From assembly GCF_001447785.1 (NCBI RefSeq), contig NW_015173145.1, positions 131,967 to 195,966 of the forward strand: DNA of 64,000 bases, written 5' to 3'. The notes below the pieces were generated by a model. It was not told where the DNA came from and made no database searches. It saw only the letters and a program-made list of their open reading frames with translations. Numbering within the stretch: the stretch's first letter is position 1; every line of letters starts with the position of its first letter. Source of the stretch: Gekko japonicus. Lineage: Eukaryota. This document shows positions 50,399 through 62,160 of this stretch, piece by piece. The position numbers and the translations under genes were made by a program.

Positions 50399-51867
50399 CA
50401 GAACTAGCCAAAGTGACCGCCATAGTCACAGGGGTCCAATCAAAGACCTCCAAAACTCCCCATCTGATTGTAGAATGTTCTGGCAAAGACTGGGGAGGGA
50501 CCTTGCCACTCCCCCCCCCCCCCCCCCCAGGGGCGGGGGGTCAGGACGAAATAAGATTTCTTCACCTGCTACCTTCTCTGACAGGATCTCACCAACTCCC
50601 ACCGTCCGAGGGAAGAATCATGATCTAACTGCACAGGAGGGTATAAGAAGGCGAACAAGGGACTACCAGAGCTCACTTTCTCCAGCGCATAAAAACGTGA
50701 ATCCTTCTGGGTGGGATATCAACCGAGAGACTGGTGTAACACAAGATCCGACCAGCGCTAAAAAATCTCTTCCCGCCGGAGACGCAGCCAGACGGAAGGG
50801 GGCAAGCAGTTGTGGAGATGATTCACAAAAGAGAAGCTTCTGGTCATATCATTAAGGAAATGGTTCTCTACTTAAGGGAAAGTATGGATGGGAAAGGGGG
50901 AGAGAGGGTGCAAGGCCGTAAAGGGAACACAATTATTTCACGTTGGCCTATCATGGCCAGACGGAGTCAAGGGTACAATCAGAGGCTGTCGGCCTGACCG
51001 GAAGAGGAGAATGATGGTGCTCTGCTAACCGCTGGTGTGCTCTCGGGCAGCCCAAGCTAGGAGGAAGCAGGGCGTTGGTTCGCAGCCTGTTGGGGGCACT
51101 GCCCCCTCAGGAAACCTCAGAGGGCTCAAGTCCCACCGCTCGGACGTTTACGGCCATAGCCTCAGGCAGTCCCAAGTTCAAGTGTTAAAAAGGCACTCCC
51201 CCCCCCCCAAGTTGTTGGACTCTCCCTTGAAATCACAGTCCCGAGTCTAAGCTGTGCTCGTTTGCTCTCCAGCCCTACAGTGTCTGTCATACCATGTTAT
51301 AGTACCATGGGAAGGCACGCCCCACCCCTTCTCACCCCCCAGTGCCAGGGTTAAGCATCCCTCTAGGAGTCACAACAACTCCTCTGTCGGTATCGGTCCC
51401 CCCATTCCTCATAGCACCATATTGGAACTGATGATCTTCTGCACTGGACATGCGTAAAGTTCCCAGGGTGCACCCTTCTTTAGCACCAAAAACCCTGTCA
51501 TGCAACCAGTCACACCATAAGTACCGCCACATTCGGAGCAACAGGCCATGAAGCCCACAAAGGCAGCGCGTCATTGGGACTCCCACACATACGCGCTAAT
51601 GGTCAGTTCGTGGCCGTGGTACCTGTGCACATGGGCTCCTGTGCACGTGGCGGGCCTACCACCAAGAGATTCTGGAACTCAAAAACTCCACCGGGCACTC
51701 CTCTCCCCCTCCTCCAAGCTGCTCTCCCACCTTTCCCATCATCAAAGGAGAGAGCAGAATGCCCTTCCGTCAGTTGCCTCTCTGCCACTGTGGAGAGAGG
51801 TGCTTCTGTTTGAAGTTCAGTGTGAGAAAACTGCAGCCTTTGGGCCTTTTTTCTGTTTTCAGCAGAC

Positions 51868-52778
51868 CATAAGAACATAAGAGACGCCAATGTTGGATCA
51901 GGCCAATGGCCCATCCAGTCCAACACTCTGTATCACACAGTGGCCAGAAATACCAGGTGCCATCAGGAGGCCCACCAGTGGGGCCAGGACATTTGAAGCC
52001 CTCCCACTGCCCTCCCCAGCACCAAGAAGACAGAGCATCACTTGTCCCAGACATAAGAACATAAGAGACACCAATGTTGGATCAGGCCAAAGGCCCATCC
52101 AGTCCAACACTCTGTGTCACACAGTGGCCAGAAATACCAGGTGCCATCAGGAGGCCCACCAGTGGGGCCAGGACATTTGAAGCCCTCCCACTGCCCTCCC
52201 CAGCACCAAGAAGACAGAGCATCACTTGTCCCAGACATAAGATCATAAGAGACACCAATGTTGGATCAGGCCAAAGGCCCATCCAGTCCAATACTCTGTG
52301 TCACACAGTGGCCAGAAATACCAGTGCCATCAGGAGGTCCACCAGTGGGGCCAGGACACTAGAAGCCCTCTCACTGTTGACTCCCCCCCCCCAAGCACCA
52401 AGAAGACAGAGCATCCCTTGCCCCGGAGTCCCTATCTATACCTTGTGGCTAATAGCCACTGATGGACCTCTGCTCCATATGCTTATCTAATTCCCTTTTG
52501 AAGCCGTCCATGCTTGTAGCCGCCACCACCTCCTGTGGCAGTGAATTCCATGTGTGAATCACTCTTTGGGTGAAGAAGGACTTCCTTTTATCCGTTCTAA
52601 CCCAACCGCTCAGCAATTTCATGGAGTGCCCACGAGTTCTTGTATTGTGAGAAAGGGAGAAAAGTACCTCTTTCTCTACCTGCTCTTTCCCATGCATAAT
52701 CTTATAAACCTCAACCATGTCACCCCTCAGTCGTCGTTTCTCCAAGCTAAAGAGCCCCAACCGCCTTAACCTTTCCTC
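51868..52778 (-). mobile_element. CR1 3' end with a triplicated 184-bp terminus
   Basis: EERLRRLGLFSLEKRRLRGDMVEVYKIMHG...; units start at 51868, 52052 and 52236. Confidence 0.92.
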
Positions 52779-52842
52779 AAACCTTACAAGAAGACCAAAC
52801 CTTACAAGAAGATTAAGAGCAATAGACCTCAAATACTGTGGC

Positions 52843-53500
52843 CCAAAAAGCTCTCTTTAACAAATGCACATCCTGGGGGTGAAGTTCCCCCATATGTACA
52901 ACCACAACTCGTGTCTACTATACCTTGTTAAAGAGCACGATGTCTCAAGGTGCCCAATATGTAGTCAGTTCACTCCTACAGCAAGGCCTGACAGAGCATT
53001 GGGCTTGGAAGCCGCTTTATGAGAAACAGCTTTGCTCGGTGTGGCTCCAACAAGACCGAATCCAGAGAGGCCAGTCCGAGTGTTATCAGTTCCGACAGAT
53101 GTAAGACCAATTTTAGAGCCCTCGGCTCTGGCTACAAGGCCACAGATGGCGCAACTCTTGACGGCCCCAGCATCTCCTGGGAGAACTGCTTCGGGGGCAT
53201 TCCCCAAAGGGCCCGTGACAAGCAGAAGCAGGCAGAAATCACATCCTCGAAGTCATCCAAGTCATCGTCTTCCTCCCATCAGAGGACCACAGCTCTGACA
53301 CGGCTACCCCTCGAACCCGTCACCGAACCCACACCCATTCTGAGAACCCCTTCGCCATCAGTCCACTCTACAACGCTGGCCCCACAGGTATCAGAAAGCA
53401 AACGTATCCGTTCCAGACCACCCTGTCATCAACCCTCGTCATCTCGTTGATCGGATCTGACAGGTCACTGTGATCTGATGGCACACCCCCTGTCTCTTCC
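52843..53500 (+). mobile_element. DIRS-like retrotransposon gag (ORF1) remnant
   Basis: Frameshifted KALFNKCTSW...NHNSCLLYLVKEHDVSRCPICSQFTPTARPDRALGLEAAL*ETAL followed by a Ser/Pro-rich region, like the recalled Cys/His N-terminus of vertebrate DIRS ORF1. Confidence 0.6.
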
Positions 53501-53564
53501 CTGAGACCTCTTTGAGAGGGCCCATGCGATCCATACTGTGATGACAAGAATGGGGATCCATATG

Positions 53565-53770
53565 CAGTGTTCCCTCTAAGCTGAGTTAGTGTGAGCTAGC
53601 TCAGTTTTTTAGCCTCCGGCTCACACATTTTTGTCTTAGCTCAGGAAGGATGGGGCTCCAGAGCAAACTAATTTATACAGGAGTCAAATCACTTGCTCAC
53701 AACTTTAACGCCAGGAGCTCACAAAGTAGAATTTTTGCTCACAAGACTCCACAGCTTAGAGGGAACATTG
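53565..53770 (+). mobile_element. hAT MITE family A, copy 7
   Basis: Perfect TSD tccatatg. Confidence 0.92.
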
Positions 53771-54431
53771 TCCATATGCCCCTCTCAAATCAACGTCATG
53801 CAAGCCCCCCCCCCCAATCTCCTCTTCCTCCTCTTCTGACTCCAGGTCTCTTAAAATGGCAGGCCTAAGGGCCAATAGGGGGAACCGACCAACTCAGATG
53901 AATAAGCCTATCAGAGAGCGAGCAGCTCTATGCCCGCCTTTCTCTGGCTGTGAAGAGCCCGAGAATGGACAAGGCACAGAAGGAAGACCAGGGCATGCTG
54001 GGTGCTTCGGGATCCCTACAGAAATGCAAACGGAAAAGAAGGAAATCCAACCAGTGGCAGTAAATGTTCTGGAGGAACCCAGCAAGCCATCCGTTACTGT
54101 TACTGCCACTGTCTTGGAGAAACACAATGGAATCAGTGGAGGGGAGTAATATTAATACATCGCAAACAACATCAAGAAGAAAGCCTGATGACAAACCACG
54201 CCCCCAACAAATACCAGAATCAGCACTAGACTGATTCCAAAAACTGTACAAAAATCAGCACTAGACTGATTCCAAAGTACTAGACTGATCCCATAAACTG
54301 ACCAGCACAGTAAAAAAAAAAAGAAAACTGACAAAGATCCAATTCTTTTGGAAATGCTTTTCTTTAAGTCACAAGTATTTTATATTAGAACACATGCCCT
54401 GCTTTATAATATAAATCTGTGCTTAGTTTAA

Positions 54432-54781
54432 AAAGGTAAAGGTAAAGGTTCCCTCACTCGAAAGCCAGTCGAGTCCGACTGTAGGGTTGCGGTGCTCATC
54501 TCCGTTTCAAAGCCGAAGAGCCAGCGCTGTCCGAAGGCGTTTCCGTGGTCATGTGGCCAGCATGACTAAACACCAAGGCGCACGGAACGCTGTTCCCTTC
54601 CCACCGAAGTGGTACCTATTTACCTACTTGCAATGTCTTGCTTTCAAGCTGCTAGGTTGGCAGGAGCTGGAACTAGAGACGGGAGCTCACTCCATCATGC
54701 GGCACACTTGGGTCTCGAACTGCTGAGCTACTGACCTTCCACAGCCTGCAGTTCAGCGTCTCAACCACTTGAGCCACCGCA
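54432..54781 (-). mobile_element. Sauria SINE
   Basis: 11-bp TSD gcttagtttaa (54421-54431, 54782-54792). Confidence 0.9.
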
Positions 54782-54877
54782 GCTTAGTTTAAGTAAAGGT
54801 TAAAAATGGTCTTCTGACTCCATCCCTCCAGGCATTTGAGTGGGAAACCTCAGCAGATCAGTACTTGCTTTCTCCAC

Positions 54878-55155
54878 GAGGAGGAGGAGGAGGAGGAAGA
54901 GGAGACTGGATTTATACCCCGCCCTTCACTACCCAGAGGAGTCTCAGAGTGGCCTACAATCCCTTTCCCTTCCCCTCCCCACAACAGACACCCTGTGAGG
55001 TAGGCGGGGCTGAGAGAGCTCTCTCAAGAACTGCCCTTGAGACGACAGCTCTGACAGAGCTTATGACTGACCCAAGGTCACACCAGCAGCTGCATGTGGG
55101 GAATCAAACCCGGTTTTCCCAGATTAGAGTCCACACTCCTAACCACTACACCAAA
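54878..55155 (-). mobile_element. Squam3-like SINE
   Basis: Reverse copy with (GAG)n tail on the + strand. Confidence 0.85.
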
Positions 55156-56293
55156 ACACTTCACCAAAGGAGGTGCAAGGGAGGCTTGCTGGAGAGTCAA
55201 GCAACTTCACCAAGGATCAGGCCCTCCCTCTCTAAGCCTCACACTCAATGCCAGCGGGAAGGGGTGAGCTCCTCTCCATGCGTCTGCCACTGGGGCTGTA
55301 TTGTGATCCAGATATACGTCCCTGAACCTGCACTACAGATCGCTTTGGACATTGCCACGCAGTATGCAACGATGGAGGGGAACAGTTCCACTTTTCGTAT
55401 GTGCCATCACAGGAGGAAGACACCCCGGACTTGCTCAGAGAAATCCTGTCCTTGGGGGTCCAGCAGAAAAGCTGAGGTTCTGAAACATTAATCTGCTAAA
55501 GGAGCAACAGCTTTGACTCTCCTTGGGCTCTGCGGCACCCACCCTTCCTCCTAAGTCCGCAAGCCAAGATACATTTCGGACAGGGAACAGGGCAAGGCCC
55601 TTGCCACCCACCACCACAGCCCTGAGCTAGAGCGTCCTCACATGTTTCCACACTAAATGATGAAATCAGGAAACTCCCTTTACCCCAGCTGGCATATTGT
55701 GAATACTATGCAGCTGAGTCAACACGATAAACCAAGATTAAAACACTGGCAGAATGCAACTGCCCAAGGACTGGTGCATTTGTATGCGTTGCGTTAGGAT
55801 TCTTCTTCTTTGCACAGAGCCCATTTTATTGAGCTGTATGTGCTGTTTCAAAAGTCTTCTCCACTGGAATGTTACAAAAAGATGGAAATACCTCCAAGAT
55901 AAAACTTGGCTTCTAACAACACTGCAGTTGGAGACAAGTGTAAAAGAGTGCTGTCTTGTCGGACCACTGACTATTTTCAAGATAACCACTATAAGGTACA
56001 AACATAGCAAAATAAATACAAAACAACAAGATCCACCAAAGAAAACAATGTTAGAATCCAGACAGGAATGGCAATTTGGCCTCTATACACGTCCATGTTT
56101 TATTGTATAGAAAGAAGAGAAGCTGCTTTGGCAAGAATTCCAGGCCTATAAAATGATCACTACTTTGAAGTTCTGCCAGGGTTTTTTTTTTTTGTTAAGT
56201 TCTCAATTTGTGATTCAAGCTCCGCAACCCACAAAGTATTTTAAAATGTAAAGTTCATTATTGTGGCTTCGAGTCCCTGAAGGAATATGTGGT

Positions 56294-57018
56294 TGTGGCG
56301 TCCTTGCTTATAGGGGAAATGGGTTTACCTTTAAACACTCTCTGTGTATATAAACTTGGTAGTTTTATGCTGCCACCAGGAATTAAAAATTCCAAATCTC
56401 TCTTTTGGTAGTATGACCTAGGGTCTGGGCACTTCAGAGGACTATGTGGGCCTGAGGAAGTACTGTACTGATTTCTGGGATAAGTTTAAACAAAAATGAT
56501 TTATTTAATAAAGAGCAAAATAGGTTTCTTGTTATTTTGAACAGTTGCTGAAGAAAGGAACTTGTAAATATAACTGGCAAAGCTTGGCACCACGATCAGA
56601 CTCCAAACTCCACTCTGAAAGGCTTATACACTCAGTATTCTCTCCCTCTCTCTCATATATATATATAGCCACACAGGCTAGTCTCTTTGTTTTATTCACT
56701 CTGAATAGAATCAACTCTCTTAGTCACACAGACTAAACTGTTGGCCTTATTCACAAAGAATTAGACTCAGCATTCCATAGTCACACAGACTCTCTTCAAA
56801 ACTTTTCCATACTTGTCTCTCTCATATAACAGAATTCCTTCATATACACACACACACACAGAGAGAGAGAATCCTCTCAGACACCCCTCCTCCCACACTC
56901 TCTGTCAGCAGCCAATCAATCACACTTGTCACCCTCTACCACTCTTATATTACTTATATTACTGCAGACAAACTAAACATTTAAAGGAACACACACACCA
57001 AAACATGGAACCATTACA
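56294..57018 (-). mobile_element. Solo LTR
   Basis: TG...CA termini with perfect 5-bp TSD gtggt (56289-56293, 57019-57023). Confidence 0.8.
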
Positions 57019-57524
57019 GTGGTCTTCATAATTTTACTCTGAACTGGATTAGAAGGAGCAAAGCTGTGGTGTGGTGGTTCCATTCAGGAGGTGACTTCAG
57101 TTAGGCATAAAGTCTTCCCTGTGCTGATTAACTTCCTGCCTTAAACAGAGAGGTTTGCCTGCATTCTGCTTTTCCTTCTATTATCCCCTGTTCTGCAATC
57201 TCAGCCTGGTTGCATTATTTTGCCTTACTAGGAACCTTTGCTGTTAGACTCAAATCTTACCATATTTTATAATCCACTCACTGATTGCCTGATGTTTTTG
57301 TATTTTGCAATCCATTACTGATTGACCAAAAGTGTTTATCATGTTTGCAATCTGCCTTGGATGCCAAAGAGAACGACATACTTTAAACAAAATAACAACA
57401 ACAACAACAGAAATTTCACAACAGGCTCACAAGGGGAAAAAAAAGAAAACAGCTTGATAAAAACAAATCTAAATTTAAAACAGCACCCACAAACACAAGC
57501 AGCAAAATAGTACTCTCTAAATAA

Positions 57525-57870
57525 GGAGCTGCGGTGGCTCAAGTGGTTAAGACGCTGAATTGCAGGCTGTGGAAAGTGGGTAGTTCAGCAGTTCGAGACC
57601 TGGGTGCCGTATGATGGAGTGAGCTCCCGTCTCTAGTTCCAGCTCCTGCCAACCTAGTAGTTTGAAAGCAAGAAATTGCAAGTAGATAAATAGGTACCAC
57701 TTCGGTGGGAAGGTAACAGCATTCCCTGCGCCTTGGTGCTTAGTCATGCCGGCCACATGACCACGGAAACGGCTTTGGACAGCGCTGGCTCTTCGGCTTT
57801 GAAACGGAGATGAGAACCGCAACCCTAGAGTCGGACTGGCTTTCGAGCAGGGGAACCTTTACCTTTACCT
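57525..57870 (+). mobile_element. Sauria SINE, full length
   Basis: tRNA-like head (ggtggctcaagtgg, gttcgagacc) and (ACCTTT)n tail. Confidence 0.9.
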
Positions 57871-58351
57871 AAACAACAAAATGGTAATTAGCCAGAAAAG
57901 GGAATTTCTTCTTAGCACGAATATGTGTTCTCAGGAAAGGCAGGAAAGGCATTCTTGCCCCTTTGGGATTGCTGCCTCCAATCCCGAAAGAAGGCAGGAA
58001 CAGTTTATTAACAGATTCCTCCACTGAGGGGCTCCGTCCTTCCCAGACTGGACTGGAAAGAGCAGGAACCCATCTCGAGAAACTTCACCAACGAACACAC
58101 AAATGCCAACATGGCAGATCTATATGACAGCCAAAGGTAGAACAATTAACAACAACAACAACTAATTAGGACACATCTATCTCCAGTTCTAACATATTTA
58201 TTACCTATGTTGTTTTCCCTCTCAGCTGAACTGAAACAGACAACCGGAAACCGAGCGTGTCATTCTTTTGATCTGTTTAAAAAAATAGTTTTACTATTTT
58301 GCATGCTAATTTAACAAGCCACCCCTACATATTCAACTATGATATGTAATT

Positions 58352-58480
58352 CCATTTCATCGTCTGACAAAGTGTGTACGCACACGAAAGCTCACATCTT
58401 GAATAAAAATTTGTTGGTCTTAGAGGTGCCATTGGACTCTTCGTTGTATTGCTTCAGACCAACACAGCTGACCACCTTGA
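58352..58480 (+). mobile_element. Penelope-derived repeat with hammerhead-like core
   Basis: ctgacaa-a-gtgtgtacgcacac-gaaagctca followed by the family arm. Confidence 0.72.
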
Positions 58481-58677
58481 ACTAAAAGGAGGGAAAAGGT
58501 AGATGGAAAAAGAAATCGACTTCCTCAGATGCAGTGATCATCCAGAACCATAATCTGATACTTTTTGATTCTTCTAAGCATGGTAGGCAGAAAGCCCTCC
58601 ACCTGCCCCCAAAACAGGAATTTCCAGGAGTAAAGAACTTGTTTTGCTTCCAGCAGAGGCAGGATGACATTCTAGAT

Positions 58678-58993
58678 CAGTGGTGTCGAACCTATGGCAC
58701 AGGTGCCAGAGGTGGCACTCAGAGCCCTCTCTGTGGGCACGCGTGCCATCGCCCCAGCCAGGCCCAGACCATCATTAAAGTGTCGAATTCTCTGCCAAAT
58801 AATTTTAAGTAGAAAGCATTTGGGATTGCTTTCCTTACTTTGTTTGGATCATCTTAAGTTAATGTATGAGTTGTTTTTCCTAAAATAAAACCTCAGTATT
58901 CAGGTTAAATTGCCGTGTTGGCACTTTGCGATAAATAAGTGGGTTTTGGGTTGCAGTTTGGGCACTCGGTCTCTAAAAGGTTCGCCATCACTG
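58678..58993 (-). mobile_element. hAT/Charlie-like MITE family C, copy 2
   Basis: TIRs plus perfect 8-bp TSD ttctagat, fitting the NTCTAGAN target preference of Charlie-type hATs. Confidence 0.9.
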
Positions 58994-60038
58994 TTCTAGA
59001 TCATTTGGGAAGCAACACGGCAGTAACCAGAAGACAGGGAGTCTTTCCAGGCCAGAACCCTCTGCAGAATTCCTGCCAAAGGCTGTACCTGCAGGGGGGA
59101 AAGAAGAGTGGCCTTGTGGTATGGAGTGAACATGTGCACCACCAGCACGCACACATCAACTGGTAAAAGGGGGCCTTCCTCCTGGAAAGCAGCAGATCTC
59201 CCAGTGAGTGGGCCATGACACCGTACAGTGATGTCCTTCTCAAGGATAATAAGCCAACTCTGTGCAGTTCCATAGCCACCTGGATAAAGGTGACTTCAAA
59301 ACTGAGGAAGCCTCATGGAAGGATGGAAACAAGGCCTCTGAAATCTTAGCTGTCTCCCTCTTGTCTAAGAGGCATCTCAGATCCTTCGTCTGAAACCATG
59401 GAGTGTGGCCATTTACGTTTGCAGGCAGGAGAAATCCACGACTTTCAGGATCCCTGCTTAGTCAGGGCCACTAGGCACCATCTCCGAAGAAGCTGTCAGA
59501 CGGCTGTGGGGCAGAGTCCAGTATCACTTCTTCAGCAAGCCCAAAGGACTGGCCTCAGTTAGGGAAGGGGGGGGGGGGTTCCGATGCACCCTAACCGCCC
59601 TCTCTCCAGCCCTGTGCCAGGTCCTTGGCTGTGAGAGCATGGCCTGACCCTTCGTCCTCGGTTTTCCCTGGGCCAGACTAATAAAGGATTGTCTGGGGGA
59701 GGACTGGCCCGAGATTCTCCCAATGCCCTCTCCTCGGGGACAGTGAAGGGAATCTGGGCCAGTGGCCCTCCTGCGTGCCCTCTCCTGAGGGCACAGGCCC
59801 CCAGACACCCACGCGGCTGCCGGCCGCCGCCTCCGGCCCGTTCCAGGGTGCAGTCTGCCTCCTGAGCTCTGCCTCCCATCCAAGGCCTGCCAGGCTCCGA
59901 GGGCGATGCTGGCACATTTCAAGGCATGGCCGTCACTCTTGCTCCTTTCTCTGCAGCCCCTGGTGGGGCTCCCTGACTCCGAGGTACCTGTTGTGAGGCT
60001 CTCCCCTCTGAAGCAGGGAGGTGTAGGGGGAGGGGGGG

Positions 60039-60220
60039 CAGTGTTCCCTTTAAGCTGAGTTAGTGTGAGCCGGCTCACAGCTTTTTAGCCTCCGGCTAAC
60101 ACGTTTTTGTCTTAGCTCGGGAAGGAGGGCTCCAGAAATCAATCGCTCACAACTTTAATGCCAGGAGCTCACAAAGTAGAATTTTTGCTCACAAGACTCC
60201 ACGGCTTAGAGGGAGCACTG
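60039..60220 (+). mobile_element. hAT MITE family A, copy 8 (internal deletion)
   Basis: TIRs present; G-rich degenerate TSD. Confidence 0.88.
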
Positions 60221-61111
60221 GAGGGGGCCGCCACCCCTGGACAGGAACACAAGCTAGAAATGGCACTGTTGCAACAAGACAACGATGTGAGGATGGAGGA
60301 GACCAGCAAGTGCCATTGTTCTAGGCAGTTAATGGAAGAAGCCAACAGTAGAGGTGGTAAGTGAGGCCTCACGGCCTGACGGCCTGCCAGGGGTGGGATG
60401 GGACAGCCCCTCCTTGGGATGCCGCTTTCCCTGAAGGGTCTGATAAAATCATGTTTCTAGTTCTCCATCACATGTCTTTAAAACAAATTGTACAAATGAA
60501 GCCCTGTGTTTATCATTTTTAAGTGGCTTTTCCCAGAGGTGGACAGTTTATGTGAATAAATTGCAGGAGTGAGTTTTCCACAATTACTACGCGAGAAAAC
60601 AGCTGTCAAGCTTTTGGGGAGACACCCAAATGAATGGATCTAACAGTAAAAACCTTGGAGAAGTTTTTTTTTAAAAAAATTGTGCATTTTAACTGCCCCT
60701 AAACAGATAATACTGCACATCACTAATTTGTATGGGGACAGTATTCCATAAACAGAGTCCCACCACTAAAAAGGCTCTCTTCCTGGTCCCCTCCTGCCTA
60801 GTCAGTGAAAAGGAGGAACTGTGCAAGTCCATAGGGGTGACAGTGGTTCTTCAAACAGCCCCCTCCCAAGTGATTCAGGCTTCATGGGTACAAGCCAGGA
60901 GCTTGAATTGTAAGAGGAAACAAACTGGAAGGCAGAGTTGCCGTTTTTCCCACTGGCAAAGCACAAAGTTCCAGTGACCACCCATCACCTGCCAGGTAGT
61001 AGGCTAGTTTCTGCATTCTGGATCGACTGAACTTTCTGAACAATCACCAGTGGCAGCTCCACGTGGCACAATCTGAATGTTACACAACAGCACAGATGCC
61101 TGCGGCTAGGC

Positions 61112-61758
61112 CGGGGGTCCCCAACACAATGCCCATCATCGGCCCCATAGTCCCTGCCAAAATCTTTCTCGGAGCCCAACAAGTGTTTTTACAAAGTGGG
61201 CGGGGCCAAGTGGGGCTCTTGCCCACCTGGGCTTCTGATGGGCAAGACCTGACTGGCTACACAGATTAAAATAACACACTGGTTGTGGCAGCTGCCACCA
61301 CTGTGTTTGTTTTATTCTCTCTCACCCCTCTTTCCCAGTATTATCTAATTGCCCCTCTTGAGAGCCAGTTTGGTTGAGTGTGCGGACTCTAATCTTGGAG
61401 AACCGGGTTTGATTCCCCACTCTTCCACTTGCACCTGGCTGGATGACCTTGGGCAAGCCGTAGTTCTGATAAGAGCTGTTCTTGAAAAAGAGCCGTTTCT
61501 GTCAAGAGCTCTCTCAGCCCCACCTACCTCACAGGGTGTCTGTTGTGGGGAGGGGAAGGGAGAGGAGTTTGTAAGCCGCTCTGAGACACCTTTGGGAAGT
61601 GAAGGGCGGGGTATAAATCCAATCTCTTCTTCTCTTCTTCTCCCCTGCACGGTGCGTGTGATTCCATCTCTGGCGGCGGCCATTTTGTGGCTGAGCCCAC
61701 CACCCTGGGTCAGAATGCCAAAGGTGCCCACAGACTCAAAAAGATCGGGGGACCCCTG
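61112..61758. mobile_element. hAT MITE interrupted by a Squam3-like SINE
   Basis: Termini cgggggtccccaac / gatcgggggacccctg; TSD ggctaggc/agctaggc (7/8). Confidence 0.75.
61358..61640 (+). mobile_element. Squam3-like SINE inside a hAT MITE
   Basis: gagagccagtttgg...ataaatccaatctcttctt. Confidence 0.85.
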
Positions 61759-61951
61759 AGCTAGGCTCTCTCTGATGGGCTGCACTTGAGGTACCCACCT
61801 GAGTTGCCAAAAGGGGCCTTGCGCTGCAGACACTACCTGAGCATGGCAAACGCAGCTCTTGTAACCACTTCGGACTGCAAAACTGTTCTCCATAAGGGGG
61901 AAGCACAACGCTCGACAGATGGGGCAGGGCTGGGTGGTATAGCAGCAGAGT

Positions 61952-62160
61952 GGGTATTAGCCACAAGGTATAGATAGGGGCTCTGGGGCAAGTGATGCTC
62001 TGTCTTCTTGGTGCTTGGAGGGGGGTCAACAGTGGGAGGGCTCCTAGTGTCCTGGCCCCACTGGTGGACCTCCTGATGGCACCTGGTATTTCTGGCCACT
62101 GTGTGACAGAGTGTTGGACTAGATGGGCCTTTGGCCTGAACCAACATCGTTCTTATGTTC
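61952..62160 (+). mobile_element. CR1 3'UTR fragment
   Basis: Reverse complement of the 10228/51868 tail; ends gttcttatgttc. Confidence 0.85.

Larger units (their letters stand above)
60720..61850 (-). mobile_element. Degenerate L2 hosting a MITE and a SINE
   Basis: QVVSAAQGPFWQLRWVPQVQP right of the MITE continues left of it as VELPLVIVQKVQSIQNAETSLLPG. Confidence 0.65.

Noticed and set aside
51868-52420. CRISPR-like or functional repeat array
   Set aside because: The DNA is eukaryotic and the units are whole CR1 tails with no unique spacers.
54217-54300. Short imperfect tandem repeat (cactagactgattcca, about three copies)
   Set aside because: Local slippage with no further supporting structure.
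54865-55491. 208-aa ORF and other recurring 'FPFPSPQQTPCEVGGAER' ORFs
   Set aside because: These are translations of Squam3-like SINE sequence.
3254-60220. Orientation bias of MITE family A (7 of 8 on the same strand)
   Set aside because: Two-sided binomial probability is 18/256 (about 0.07), which is not convincing.
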